A stretch of DNA of 64,000 nucleotides, taken from assembly GCF_009914755.1 (NCBI RefSeq), contig NC_060939.1. One strand, given 5' to 3'. This DNA is from the human T2T-CHM13v2.0 reference genome, Homo sapiens. Below are positions 41,151 to 59,533 of the stretch, piece by piece. Within the stretch, counting starts at the first letter, position 1; the number at the start of each line of letters is the position of its first letter. Made by a program: the position numbers and the translations under genes. Under the pieces are notes generated by a model that was not told the DNA's origin, did no database searches, and saw only the letters and a program-made list of their open reading frames with translations.

Positions 41151-42785
41151 CTGGGCTAGGCCCCCAACCTTTGCCCTGAAGATGCTGGCAGAGCAGGATG
41201 TTGTAACGGGAAATGTCAGAAATACTGCAAGCAAACTGAAAACAACCCATCCATGTAGGAAAGAATAACACGGACTACACGTAAACAATTCTAAGTCTGT
41301 GTCTGCGGGGACGTCGCAAGTGGGATAAAATGGTTTAAAGGAAGAAATGGCTTTTAGGAGTTAGGGTGTTTTGTTTTAAGTAATACAGACTTGGTCAAAT
41401 GGAAAGCCGGTAGAAAGTGAGCTTTATTCATCAGTTTAACCGCATTAGTGCCCTTTTAAGCTTGAAAGAGGTAGTTTGAGAGAGTAATTGAGTGGTAAAC
41501 TTACTGAACTTAGGGGACGGGGAAGTACATGTTCATAGAAGGGTTTAGGAGAAAGTATGCCTTCTAAATCCACACCCACGGTTTACTAAGCAGAGCCAGG
41601 CTGGAGTCTCGGCTCACTGCTCTTATTAACCTGAATGATATTTTTCTGTGCATTCTTTTGAGGAAGGGGAGGTGAAAAGAAGAATTCAGCCTAAGCTAAA
41701 TATAGAATAAGCTTTCTAAATTAAAATGGTTTTATAAAAGGAGCTTGTTAGTGGGGTCATTTTTGTACTGTGAGCTTTATGTGTAAATGTCTACACACCC
41801 ACTTAACGTGTTGATTTCACTTTAGACTATGAGGAAACCACAGGGGAGTTTCAGGCCAGTCAGCTTTTCATCTTCAACTTTATAACTTTCACCTGAGGAT
41901 ATGAGGAACCCACAGGGGAGTTTCAAAAATGGTATCATTTTGTATCAGACTTGTTTTTTAAACACTTGGTTTCTCACAGAGATAGGTGGTTTCTCCTTAA
42001 AATCGAACATTTATATGGTGTATTTTACTGTAGTTGCTATCAGAAAAGTTAGTTTTCCCAAATTTAAGTTCACTCTGGGGTACTATAGCATGAATGTAGT
42101 TCATTCTGTTGAGCTAGTTGTTCACGTTAGTGTAGTTCACATATTTATCTGGAACTCAAAAATGAGGGGTTGAGAGGGGAAGCTAAACTTCACATGTCCA
42201 AATATATAATTTTAATATTTACTTTATATTTAGAATAGAAAAGTAATTGATTCTAGAATTAGACCAATTGCTAGGATTGCTAGGATATATAAAATGAAGC
42301 TGAATGTTTTAACTCCGGAATTTTTCTGAATAGTCTAAGAAAGAAGGCTGAAATGTACCACTTGCCTTTTGACTTTTGCTTGTGTGTTTTAATTTTGTTC
42401 AGTGAGGCTTTCACTTAAAAAAAATGATAATATTATTACCTGGATAAAAAATACAGCTGAAAGTAGATCACTTTAGCCTTAAGCAGAAGGATGGAAATAG
42501 AAGACTTTAAGAATGTATTGGTTGAAAAAAATCTATATTATTTGATTTTATTTCTCTTCTTGTGGGAGTAAAATAATTTCCAACCAAATCAGTCCACCTA
42601 GATTATACACTGTTCAGTTTGCTTTCTGCCCTGCAGCACAAGCAATAACCAGCAGAGACCGGAACCACAGCTGAGGCTCTGTAAATGAGTTGACTGCTAA
42701 GGACTTCATGGGAATATTAACCTGGGGCATTAAGAGAATCAACATGCTAAAGTACTTGGAGACAGCTCTGTAATGTTTTATGAGA

Positions 42786-43094
<309 letters not shown>

Positions 43095-43267
43095 CTTATG
43101 AGCTTTTAAAAAGGAATACAGCCTCACAAAACCTTTACAGTCAGAAAAGTCAAATGAAAAAATATCCACAACCTCAAACCTTCTTTTGGGTCCTTTTCGC
43201 TGCATACTTAGTGCACAGTTGAGATTAAATTTTATACTCTGCCTCTCCATTTAATTATAAAAGTCTC

Positions 43268-43560
<293 letters not shown>

Positions 43561-44386
43561 AAAAGTCTCCATATTATTAAACAATCTTCAGAAGCACAGT
43601 GCTGAATGACTACACTAATAATATTCTGCCATGGATATATCATAATTTTCTTAACAATTCTTGTTTTATTGGGCATTTTTGATGGAGAATGATAACATTT
43701 TCGTATTTAATCAATATTTTAAATTGATGTATTGAAAGTTGAGAACATGAAGGTTTCTTTCGTTTAGCTTTGTTTGTTGGGTATGTATTACACTGTCCTG
43801 ACTTGAGCTTTATTCACATTTGCTCTCTAGGTTATTCAAGGACACGGAAAAGCCAACACCATGGTAGCATTAATGAAAGTTTACCAAGAGGAAGATGAAG
43901 CCTACCAGGAATTAGTTACCGTGGCAACCACGTTCTTCCAGTACTTATTGCGGCCATTTAGGGCTATGCGAGAAGTTGCAACTTTATGTAAGCTTGATAT
44001 TTTGGTTTTTTTTTTAATTTTTATTTTATCACATTTACTATTTGTCATATATTATTTCTTTATTTACACTTAATCTTCAATCTCTGTACTTTGTTTGGGT
44101 TTGTTTGGGTTTACTCTTATGTTTATTTACTTATTTATTGATAGAGATGAGGTTTTGCCATGTTGCTCAAGCTCGTTTCTAACTCCTGAGCTCAAGCAGT
44201 CTGCCCACCTCGGCCTCCCAAAGCGTAGCATTACAGGCATAAGCCACTATGCCTAGTTCACCCTCGTGTTTAAATATTGAATTTATATTTAAAATTGATA
44301 GAAAATGAAGACATTTACGTTGGTCATCTTAATAGCTTAAGATTCCTACAAATTTTAAAGAGTTAAATGTTTTTTCTGGCGATGAA

Positions 44387-44684
44387 TTTTTTTTTTTGTT
44401 TTTTGAGATAGGGTCTCTCTTTGTCAGCTAGGCTAGAGTGCAGTGGCACAATCTTGGCTCACTGCAACCTCCTCCAGGTTCAAGTGACTCTTCTGCCTCA
44501 GCCTCCTGAGTAGCTGGGATTACAGGTGTGCACTACCATGCCCAGCTAACTTTCTTTGTATTTTTAGTAGAGACGGGGTTTCACCATGTTGGCCAGACTG
44601 GTTCGAACTCCTGGCCTCAAGTGAGCCACCCGTCTCAGCCTCCCAAAGTGCTGGGATTACAAGCGTGAGCCACTGCGCCCAGCC
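44387..44684 (-). mobile_element. AluS (plus a FLAM-like monomer at ~44120-44256)
   Basis: Antisense dimer; GATGAATT flanking repeat. Confidence 0.88.
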
Positions 44685-45131
44685 TGATGAATTGTTTTTG
44701 ATGTGATGTTTATTTGCTTCAGTTGTTTTCCTCTAAGGACTCATGCAGATTTCTTAAAATAGGATGAAAATTTAAATAGCAGGACCCTAGATTGTAATTC
44801 AGTAACTTAAATTTTAGTAAATACAGTTATCGCTCTTGCTTCATTGAGCCATCAAACATCCTTGTGACACCATTCAGGAAAGGCATTCTTATTCCAGTGT
44901 TACAAATGAATCTAGAGTCCGGAGTTGTTAAATAGCTTGCCTTGGGTCTCAACAACGGGAATCAGAAGACACCTAAGAGATCTCTTGATTTCTGCCCCCT
45001 GCACTGGGCCATCTTTCCACATATAATCTCATGCCCCTGCCAGATGATTGTACTATAAAAATAGTATCACATTTAGATGAAACTCATGCCACCCTAACCT
45101 GTGGATAAAGTTGTTCTGTTCATTATTTTGA

Positions 45132-45487
<356 letters not shown>

Positions 45488-45541
45488 CTATAATTTTCCT
45501 TTCTTTAAGTAACAGCTGTTTTAAAATACCATTCACAGACC

Positions 45542-45906
45542 ATATATATATATATATATATATATATGTAAAATCTGTATATATATGTATACATATATGT
45601 ATGTATATATGCATGTATATGTACATACATATATGTATATATGCATGTATATGTACATACATATATGTATATATGCATGTATACGTACATACATATATGT
45701 ATATATGTATGTGTATATATGTATACATATATATAATCTGTATATGTATGTATGTATATGTGTATATATGTATATATACGTATATATGTATATGTATATA
45801 TGTATGTGTATATGTATATATACATATATACGTATATATGTATGTATACGTATATACGTATATATGTATATATATGCATATATATATAAAATATATCTAC
45901 ATATAT
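45542..45906. repeat. Compound (TA)n/(TATATG)n/(TATACA)n low-complexity repeat
   Basis: ~365 bp near-alternating purine-pyrimidine tract. Confidence 0.95.
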
Positions 45907-45914
45907 AAAAAGAT

Positions 45915-46560
45915 GTACAATTCAGTGATTTTTAGTATATTGAAAGTTGCACAATGATCATTACTATGTAATTTCAGGACATTTTCACCCCCAAAAGAAA
46001 CCCTGTACCCATTAGTCACTGCCAGCCCTGGGCAACCACCAATCTACTTTCTGTCTCTGTGGATTTCCCTACTCTGGACATAGCAACAGCATTATTGAAT
46101 ATGTGGTCCTTTCACTCAGCACAATGTTTGCAAGGCTAATCCATGTTGTAGCAAATACCAGGATTTCATTTCTTTTTATTGCTCAGTGATATTCATTGTA
46201 TGGATATATTGCATTTTATTCATCAGTTGATGGACATTTGGGTTGTTTCCACTTTTTGGCTATCATGAATAATTCTGCTATGAATGCTTGTGTGTGAGTT
46301 TTTGTGTAGACATATCTTTTCATTGCTCTTGTGTACGTACTGAGGAGTAGGATTGCTGGGTCCTGTGATTACTCAGTGTTTAACCTTTTGAAAGACGCCA
46401 GATGGTTTTCCAAAGTGGGTGCATCATTTATATTCCCAGAAGCAGTAAATGAGGGTTCCAATTTGTCCACATTATCACCAACACTTGTAATTGTGTGTCT
46501 CTTTGGTTACAGCCATCCTAGTGGGTGTGAAGTGGTATCTCGTTTTGATTTGTAATTCCT
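45915..46560 (-). mobile_element. L1M 3' region
   Basis: GATGGACATTTGGGTTGTTTCCACTTTTTGGCTAT...AGCCATCCTAGTGGGTGTGAAGTGGTATCTC. Confidence 0.85.
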
Positions 46561-46632
46561 TGTCGGCTAACTTGTACATATTTCTTATGCTTTGTAGAAG
46601 AAAAATTGCATATTGGATGACATAGCTGTACA

Positions 46633-47000
46633 TGTCTTAGTTCAGGCTGTTGTAACAAAGTACTGTAGATTAGTGGCTTATAAACAACAAAACTTTTTTC
46701 TCACAGTTCTGGAGGCTGGGTAGTCTAAGATCAAGGTGCTGGCAGATCCAGTGTCTTGTGAGGGCCAGTTTCTTAATTTGTAGATGACTGTCTTGCTGTG
46801 TCTTCACATGGTGAAGAGCAGAGAGAGAGATCCTGTGTCTCCTCTTCTTTTTATAAGGGCATTAATCCCAATTTTCTTGAGGTCTCCACCCTCATGACCT
46901 AATTACCTCCCAAAGGCCCCATCTTCAAATCCCATCACACTGGGGATTTAGGCTTCAACATATGCATTTTGGGGGGACCCAAACATTCAGTCCAATACCA
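46633..47000 (-). mobile_element. MLT1A/MST-type MaLR LTR
   Basis: TGTCTTAGTTCAGGCTG...CTCACAGTTCTGGAGGCTGGG.AGTC.AAGATCAAGGTG. Confidence 0.8.
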
Positions 47001-48908
47001 GTACATGTTATAAGCATGAATATACAGATACTGTCTTTTAGGTGATAATATTACATATCCCTAAAAGAAATGATAACAACAGCTAACACTTAAGTGCTGT
47101 TTTCCAGGCCCTGTGCTGAGTGCTTGACAACACAGATCACTCATTTAAACAATTGTGTATTATTATTAATAGAGAGAAGCATAAGTTGACAACATTCCTC
47201 TCTAGAAAAAGTTATTCTAGGCATGTGAAGTGAAAGTAGTTTTTTTTCCCCCCCACTTTATGCCCCAGAGGGTCCTTTTGTCTTCCAGGTGGTGCTCAGC
47301 TTAGAGCCTTATTCATATGCAGTAAGGGACTGCTGAATGAATGAAAATTTAACTGACTGAGTAGTAGTGTAGTTAAATTAATCCATGTGACCAATTTCTT
47401 TTCAATTTCCTAATGGTTCTACATAACTATTAGCTCTTACTAAGATAATTTTCCCTTCTGTCTGTAGAAGTCCTTGGATGAGGATGACCTAGGTCCTAGA
47501 AGGGTAGTTGCCCTGGAGAAAGAAGCTGAAGAATGGACCAGACGGGCTGGAGAAGCTGTCGTCTCTATTCAAGATATCACAGTGAATTATTTTAAGGAGA
47601 CAGTAAAAGCATTAGCAGGTGATAATCTAAAAAAATGCTATACGCAGATACGTGTAATTGATTGTCATTTTATTCAAATACCATTTGAGTCCCTCTTACG
47701 CACTAGGCACTGTGTTTTCTAGGTGGCGAGAATTCAGTGTCAAGCATTAAGAGACATTGTACAGTCTGGTGAAGGGAGAGAAATCTTAATTATCTATTCA
47801 CTGAAGCACACAGAAAATGGCAGTGACAATAAATGGCACAAAGAAGAGAGACATGGGGCTCTGAGGGTCTGTGAGAGAGAAATTGGGCTTGATCAGCGTG
47901 GTCACTGAAGGCCTCTGAGAAGTGGCGCTTGCCCCAATATCTGAAGGGTAAATGGAAATTGAGAGAATAGAAAAAGTGAGGAGTGTTCCGGGCAGAAGGA
48001 ATAGCACTGGCGAAGGTCCCCTGGCTTGAGGGAAGTTGGCAAATAGGAGCTTACAGAAAACCTGCGGGGCTGGATCGCAGAGAGTGCAGGACAATGTGGT
48101 ATGAGGGAGAATGCTGGCAAGACAGGCAGGGATCAGACCGTGCAGGGGCTTGTGGGCTGGGTGAAGGACTTTTTTTCAGTCTTAAATAATTGTTGATAAA
48201 AACACCAAATAGGAAACAACTTAATGTCTGTCAGTTTAAGTTATGGTACATTCATAAAAGAGAAAACTACATAGCTATTAAGCATGATTCTTGATTTTTT
48301 TTTTATAAATGGCAGGAGTTTCTGATATATTGCACAGAATCAACAAGATATAAAGCAGAATGATGATCCTGGTTTTTTGGTCAAACTATCCATATGAGCC
48401 TGTCTGTCTAGCTAGTCATAGAAACAATATGGAAGCAAGTGTGCCAAAATATAAGAAGCAGTTGCCTCAACTAGGTGAGATCATGACTTATTATTGTCCT
48501 TTTAAAAATTGAATACCTAAAATTGTATATTAATGACCATGTATTATTTTTATAATAATAAAAAGTTAATAAAACAAAATTTCTTTTAAAAAAGATGTTC
48601 TGCAGGTAGTATGGAGGCAATAAAAAAAGAATTAGCTCATGATCAATGTTTCCCTTTTTAATGAGGTGTAATTATATTTTATTTTTATAATCCAACAGGA
48701 ATGCAAAAAGAAATGGAACAGGATGTGAAGAGACTTGGCCAGGCTGCCTGGGCCACAGCAATTCCCAGGTTGGAAAAACTTAAGCTAATGCTAGCTCAAG
48801 AGACTCTGCAACTCATGAGAGCGAAAGAATTGTATTTAAATTGCAAAAGAGCTGAAATTCAGGGAAAGGTAAGACAAAGATAAACGTAACTTTGTTTTAA
48901 AAATACAC

Positions 48909-49222
48909 TTTTATTTATTTTTTATTTTTATTTTTTTTTTTGAGACGGAGTCTCGCTCTTTTGCCTAGGCCGGACTGCAGTGGCACGATCTCGGCTCACA
49001 GCAAGCTCCGCCTCCCGGGTTCATGCCATTCTCCTGCCTCAGCCTCCTGAGTAGCTGGGGCTACAGGCGCCCGCCACCGCGCCCAGCTAATTTTTTGTAT
49101 TTTTAGTAGAGACGGGGTTTCACCGTGTTAGCCAGGATGGTCTCGATCTCCTGACCTCGTGATCCGCCCACCTTGGCCTCCGAAAGTGCTGGGATTACAG
49201 GTGTGAGCCACCGTGCCCCGCC
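48909..49222 (-). mobile_element. AluY (young, CGGACTGCAGTGG variant)
   Basis: Antisense dimer; CACTTTTATTT flanking repeat. Confidence 0.92.
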
Positions 49223-49799
49223 CCACTTTTATTTTTTAAAAATTTTGTATAAATAAAGGATACAAGTGCAGTTTTGTTCCATGGATATATTGTGTAGTGG
49301 TGAAGTTTGGGCTTTTAGCGTAATCATCACCTACATAATGTAATTGTACCCATTAAATATTTCTCATCCCCCCTCCCACCCTCTTACTCTTCTGAGTCTC
49401 CAGTGTCTGTTATTCCACACTGTCTGTGTATACACTACTTAGCTCCCACTTATAAGTGAGACCATGTGGTAAAGCACACTTGTATTTTTAGATAGCACTT
49501 TTCTTTCCAGGCATTGTTAAAGAGCTGCTTTTCTTCACTTATTCCAACACCATCTCCTATGGAAGGTTAGACATAAAGTTTTCCTTTGGTTAAGATGTTT
49601 CAAAATACCACACTGTAGGATTCACTTTATAGTAACACCAAGCCCAGTATTGAAGTGGGTACTGTACTTGAAAATCAATCCAGCAATGTTTTCAGTACAG
49701 CTCTAAAATAATCAAAGAGATACTTCCCTGAAGGATCTTAGACACTTAAGTTTTTTCCTATAATCTTATGACTTTAAAGCAGAAAACACTGTAAACACC

Positions 49800-50200
49800 T
49801 GTCTTAGTTGGCTAAGGCTGCTATAACAATATTAAATATCACAGATTGGGTGGCTTCAACAACGGACATGTATTTCTCACAGTTCTGGAGGCTGGGAAGT
49901 CCAAGATCAAGGTGCCTGCAGATTCACTGTCTGGTGCGGATCCTCTTCCTGTCTAGTAGACAGCTGCCTTCTTAACTGAGTGCTCATATAGCCTTTCTTC
50001 TGTGTGTATGTTTGGAGAGAAAGAAAGTGATCCCTGTCTTTCTCTTCTAATAAGGGCACTAATCCCATGATGGGGGTGCTATCCTTTTGACATAATCTGA
50101 ACCTAATTACTTCCAAAGGACCCACCTCCAAATAACATCACATTGGGAGTTACAGTGTCAACATATGAATTTTGGGGGGACACCGATATGCAATACATAA
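49800..50200 (-). mobile_element. MLT1A/B-type MaLR LTR
   Basis: Same MaLR motifs as 46633-47000. Confidence 0.8.
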
Positions 50201-50802
50201 TAATACCTCATTGCCATTTATGTTTCTCAAAACCTAAATGTTTTTCTCTGTTTCAAGGATGGGATAAAGTATTAGCATCACTAGATGAAATGAAAAAGTG
50301 TTTCTTTCCTATTTGCTCTTTTATATTTAGTACGGAACAAGGAATAGAAAATAGCTAGAATGCTTCTAAAGTTTGTTTTTAATATACTATTTGTTTTAAC
50401 TTATTTTTCTTTTTTCTATGAAAATAAGATGGAAGATCTTCCAGAACAAGAAAAAAATATAAATGTTGTAGATGAATTAGAAATACAATTTTATGAAATT
50501 CAGTTAGAACTATATGAAGTTAAATTTGAGATATTAAAAAACAAAGAAATACTGCTTACTACACAGTTGGACTCTCTTGAAAGACTTATAAAAGGTAAAG
50601 TTTTTATTTAAGTATATAGATTACAATGTTTATAAATTTAAGGAAATACAGACCATATTATCAATTACTTTTTGTAAACTGTAACATCTGAAAATTTCCT
50701 AAAGTTTTCCTTCAGTGGTTTATTATTCAAATAATATATTCATTGTTAGCACATAGCAAAACAAAGAAAGAAAAATGATTATTACCCCAATCCCATCATC
50801 TA

Positions 50803-51144
<342 letters not shown>

Positions 51145-51728
51145 AGACGGATACTTAGTGGTAACAATTTGCTGTATAACTTTGTAGATTTCAAAATATG
51201 CTGATATGTAAAAATATAAATTTTTAACCAAAACTACATAACCAGTTCAGTAACATCTTTTTTAAAATTTTTTAATGTTTAGGGGTGCATAGCAGATACA
51301 TATATTTATGGGTTACATGAGATATTTTGACACAGGCATACAATGCATAATAGTCTCTTTTTCATTTAATACATAATAATTGTCTTTCTGTTTCAGAAAT
51401 AATAAAAGTATCAAAATTTTAATGGCTGCATAGTATTCCATTATATGGATATACCGTGATTTCCAAATTTCCGCTGTTTTGAACAGTAGTGTAGTGAACT
51501 TTCCTTTACACATGTCTTTGAGTATAGGACAGATTATCTCCTTGGAATAAATATCTAAGGATGGAATTACTGGGTCAAGGGCAATGTATATTTTACATTT
51601 TGCTACGTAACAATACAGCAGTCATCTGAGATACATTTTTCCTCACCTCCGTATTATTTTCTGATTTCTAAATTTCATACTATGTAGTGGCCCTCTAGAT
51701 AGGTCGTACATTTAAAATGACGCTCCCA

Positions 51729-53030
<1,302 letters not shown>

Positions 53031-53538
53031 TTTAATCCTGAGTATTCAGAATTTTTTTCAGTAGTTTCAGGTTATAAGCATTTTACATATTTAGGAAAAA
53101 AATTACATTAAAAAACAAGTTAATCTGGAAGGATGCATGCCAAATTGTTCATAATGTTTTTCCTCTGAGAATGACTCAGAAGGTTTGGGGAAGGAGCAAT
53201 AGAATTTCACTGTTTATTTGATGTACTTCGGGTGGGTTTGAATTTGTTACAGTAAGCATGACTTTTAAAAAATCAATATGTAATCAAGATTAAATATCAC
53301 TAAGGCATCTTAATAATATATTGCTGGTAGAATATAAGTTGCCTTTCTGGAGGGCAGTGTGGCAATGGGTATCAAGATCCTTAAACACTTATCTGCTAAG
53401 GAAGTGATAAAAAGCATACACAAAGATTTATACAGAGATGTTCATCACAGTGAAATGAATAATAATGGAACATTGGAACAGCCTAACAACATGGATTGCT
53501 TAAATTAGAGAATACTATGCTGCCATTAAAATTTATCT

Positions 53539-53842
<304 letters not shown>

Positions 53843-54564
53843 TAAAAATTTATTTCCATCCCATGGAAAGTGTTCTTTTAGAACTCCATTGATACGTGTA
53901 GCTATGTAAGTAGTATGTGTGTGTGTGTGCATGTGTATATATACGTATGTCTATACAGGTATATATACATGCATATACTACTTACATGTATATACACACA
54001 TGCTACTTACATACATGTGTATAGTCATGTATATATACACATGTGTATATGTATATTACATTTATACACATAGATTTTTTATATGTTAATAGTGGTTCTC
54101 AGTGGTGGGATTACAAGTGATCTTTATTTTCCTTACATTTAAAAAAATTCAATGTATTTTTACAAATAATAAAATATGTTTTAAACAATCATTAATACCT
54201 TTTTAGAAAAACAGGATGAAGTTGTCTATTACGATCCATGTGAAAGTCCAGAGGAACTTAGTCATTGACTGTGGTGGGGCTGCAGGACGATAAGAATTCG
54301 GAAGTGAAAGAACTCAGAAGGCAGTGCCAGCAGCTGGAGTCTATTAAACGGGGCAGGATCTGTGTCAAAAGAGCTTCTCTCCAGAGTAGAAAGGTGGGTA
54401 CGCTCAGAGCAGCTTTCTTTTCTTTTCTCTTCCAGAGATTTATTCTTGTATGAAGGATAAAGAGGTATTGAAATAAGGTTTTTACCAACACAGTGATTAA
54501 TTTTTTGTGTGCTTATGAACTTATCCATGGCTATAGTTAAAATGATTTTTAATATTTTTCTTAA

Positions 54565-54970
<406 letters not shown>

Positions 54971-55166
54971 ACAGGTACTTTAAAAACCACAATAGGTAGA
55001 AACTCCATTTCTAATAACCAGCTATAATAATTCTAAATATATTTTAGTACACAAAACAATTACAGATAACAATATTCAGCTCACCTCAGACCTTGTATTT
55101 GGTGATTTTTTTTCTTAATTTTTAAAAATCCATGAATACATAAAAAGATAACACTAAGAAATTTAA

Positions 55167-55616
<450 letters not shown>

Positions 55617-55658
55617 TAATTACTCTTCCATGTAAATACAAATACTTAAAAAAAACTT

Positions 55659-55932
55659 GGCTAGGTGCTGTGGCTTATGGCTGTAATCCCAGCACTTTGG
55701 GAGGTTGAGGTGGGAGAATCACTTAAGGCCAGAAGTTCGAGACCAGGGACAACACAGGGAGACCTCATCTCTGTGGTGCGCACGTATAGTCCCAGCTACT
55801 CAAGAGGCTGAGGCAGGAGGATTGCTTGAGGCCAGGAGGTTGAGGCCTCAGTGAGCTGTGATTGTACCACTGCACTCCAGCTAGGGTGATAGAACAAAAC
55901 CCTGTCTCTAATAAAAATTAAAAATAAAAAAA
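55659..55932 (+). mobile_element. AluJ with internal deletion
   Basis: Divergent dimer lacking the linker. Confidence 0.85.
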
Positions 55933-56289
55933 TTTGTTAGAAGAGTATATTCTTTGCATGTTCGTGTTTAAGAATTGTACTTCTGGATTTAGGAACTGTT
56001 ATTCAGAGGATTTGAAGATCTACAGGCATTTGCCCTTTGCTCCACATTTCAGAAAACCCATGAGCCCCAAGAGGAGTCTCCTTTGGCACTCCCATGGTGC
56101 TGTGGATGAACAGATGCCTCCACCTCCTTGGCAGTGTTATATGTATATGTATATAAAATGCTCCTGTGCCTTCTCTTATCCAGACTTGGAGCATTAACCT
56201 TCACTCTCAAGATATAATCACTCCCCCTACCCCATTTAGAGGAGCTCTTTCCACTGATTCTGGAAATGTTGGAATTTGGAAGGCACTCG

Positions 56290-56690
<401 letters not shown>

Positions 56691-58249
56691 TCTGTGAGTA
56701 TTACTGTATTATTTTTTACATAGATTAAGGATTTTATGTATGTATAGCATATTATATATTGGTATAGTGAGTGGTTAAGCACAGGTGAAACACAGTTATA
56801 ACAATTTTTCAGTTGCTCTGCGTTTGTAGGTATGCTTGGAAATGTAATTAGTATTTATAATGTTATGGGGAAATGTGTTTAAAACAATCACATTAAAACA
56901 TTGTTGGGACACATCCCATTTAAGAATGGGGGCTGCCTGTGTGTCCTCTCATGGTTGGCGGATTGTTTTCACCTCTTAAAGCACTCTGCTGGGAACAAAT
57001 TATTTCCATAAGCAGCCAGGCAACTCTCATCATAGACTGTGGAGGAGAGTACCATTGGGCCGCACCAGAACTAATATTAATGAATGCCTTACACTACGCC
57101 CAAATGCAGTGCTTTCTTCTTTTAACCTTTTATGCTATACCAGGGTAACACTAAAAACCATGTAGGTGATTTGTATTATTCCACCAGGATCAGTGCAAAG
57201 AAAATCATTGGCTCAGATTGCAACAGGCTGAAGAAAGCATAAGATATTCTCGTCAGCATCACAGTATTCAGATGGTGAGTGTCCTCCGAAGGAAAATGTT
57301 CTATGTTTGTGTAGCGTGACATGCAGGCCTAGACTTGTGGAAACTGGAGTTGCGCTGCCCTGGACCTGCAGCTGTCAGCCAATTCACCTCCAGGCCTGCA
57401 GTCTGGGCGCAGTCTTGGGGTGGTAATGTTGGGGTACAGCCTCTTTCTTTGTCAGGACATTTTTATTGTATGCCACACATTTTTGTAATGTTGAGCAATT
57501 TACAAATATACATCTGCTTAAATATAGAAAAGAGACAAGATAAAAAGGAGCAAAAGAAAAAAGAATGGGTCAACCAAGAACGTCAAACACTCCAACGATT
57601 GAGAGCATTTAAAGATGTAAGTTCTATAAACAATCACCTCATCTACACTTCTGGGGAAATAAATGAAGACCGCTCTAAAGAGGAAAGTATTAAGAACAGG
57701 TCATTCAGAACATGAAACATTTAAAAAATAACATTATTTCTGGTATATCAATAAAAAGCAACAACAAAAATAGAATATCAGTGATTCAAAACCCATGATA
57801 TAAAATAACTGCTGTTTTTAACATCACAACACGCTTGGGTTCCTGCTCTGCACTCTTCACTGAGTAGTCCTTACTGGCACTGGTGGTTTAGATTGGCAGG
57901 GAAAACTGAAAACTGTTCAACTCCCTTGACTTTAGCTGGCATTTCCTCTCATTTGTAATAAACAATTCTTTAAAATGTTATCCAGGCAGCATTGTGATAT
58001 AAGTGTAGTGAAAGTGCCCAGTTAAAAGTAAAATGTGTTGTTGTTTTTTTTTGATATCTACAACTTTCTTTTTTCTTTTTTTTTAAAGTATATACTTAAG
58101 AGGATGATGTTATTTTTTTATGCCCTCTGTTCCAGGCCTACATTTGTATTTCCTCCACAAAATGATCCTCAGTCTGTAATTTTTGTTCTATTTGACTTTA
58201 TTATTAGAGATAAATTCCTTTAATTAAAAAAAAGCTACTATGAAGGTTG

Positions 58250-59300
58250 AAAAAATAATTTTTTGGTTTTATTTTTAATTGACACATAATTGTACATATT
58301 TATGAGGTATAGTGTGATATTTTGAGGTATATAATATGGAATGATCAAATCAGGGTAATTAGCGTATCTATCACCTCAAACATTTATCTACAGGTAAATA
58401 GGTTTTTTAAAATAAAGTAAATAGGGAGTCTGGCACAGTGGCTCATGCCTATAATCCCAGCACTTTGGGAGGCTGAGGCGGGCGGATTGCTTGAGACCAT
58501 GAATTTGAGACCAGGCTGGGCAACATGGTGAAACCCCAGCTCTCCTAAAAATACAAAAATTAGCTGGACATGGTGGTGCATGCCTGTAGTCCCAGCTACT
58601 TGGGAGGAAAAATACCAATTGTGCACATATTTTTGTAAAATTATACATAAACACTTTATTTTTTATGTCATTCTAAATAATTTTTTGTATGTTTCTATTT
58701 CCAAACGTTGTTTGGTAATATATAGAAATATGATTGATTTTGTTTATTGAGTTTGCATATAACCACATTACTAAACTCGCATATTGAGCATTTTAATAGG
58801 TTATTTTGAATACTTTTACATAGACTGTTGTCTGAAAATAGAAACAGGTTTATTTCTTCCTTTCTGATGTGGATGTCACTGATTTTTTTCCCTACATTAC
58901 TGATCTGGCTAGGACTATCAGTATAAAGTTGAATATAAGTGGTAAAAGATCTGACTTCTTGCCTTGGACCCAGTTTTTAAATCAGTTGGAGAGTCACCAT
59001 TAAGTGTAATTTAGTGGTAGTTTTGTTTGTTTTTTTTTTGTTTGTTTTGTAGATGCCCTCTATCAGGATAAGTTCCCTTTTCTCATTTTGCTGAGAGTTT
59101 TTATAAAGAATAGCTATTGAATTTTGTCAAATGCTTTTGCTGCATCTGCTGAAATGACACGTTTATTCTTCATCTACCTAATAATGTTGCAATTTATATC
59201 TGTTGAGCTTTGAATGTTGAACCAGCCTTGCATTCATGGTATAAATCACTTGTTTGTAAAGTATTGTTTTTAAATATTGCTAGATTTGATATCTTAGTAT
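58250..59300 (-). mobile_element. L1M fragments with a truncated Alu (58427-58607, +)
   Basis: AATTGTACATATTTATGAGGTA..., TTGAATTTTGTCAAATGCTTT, TGTTGAACCAGCCTTGCATTC. Confidence 0.75.
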
Positions 59301-59533
59301 TGTATTTTTATATTTGTCTTCATGTGTTTTTGTTTTCTCATAAGTGTCTGTACCCCCCTTTTTTTTTCTTTAAAGAGAAATAATGAGAGAGATTGTCTCT
59401 CTTGAAGTTCTCAGTGCCTGTGCATTGCTGCCACTACACAGCTAGTATCATGACAGCAGCTTCAGAACCAGAGCTGGCTTCCAGGCAAGGCTGGGTGGGG
59501 AAGAAAGAGAAAAACAAAAGAATTATTTCTCTA

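Noticed and set aside
40152-41271. Overlapping 100-209 aa Arg/Gly/Pro/Ala-rich ORFs
   Set aside because: Stop-poor alternative frames of the CpG island; only the WHAMM frame has homology.
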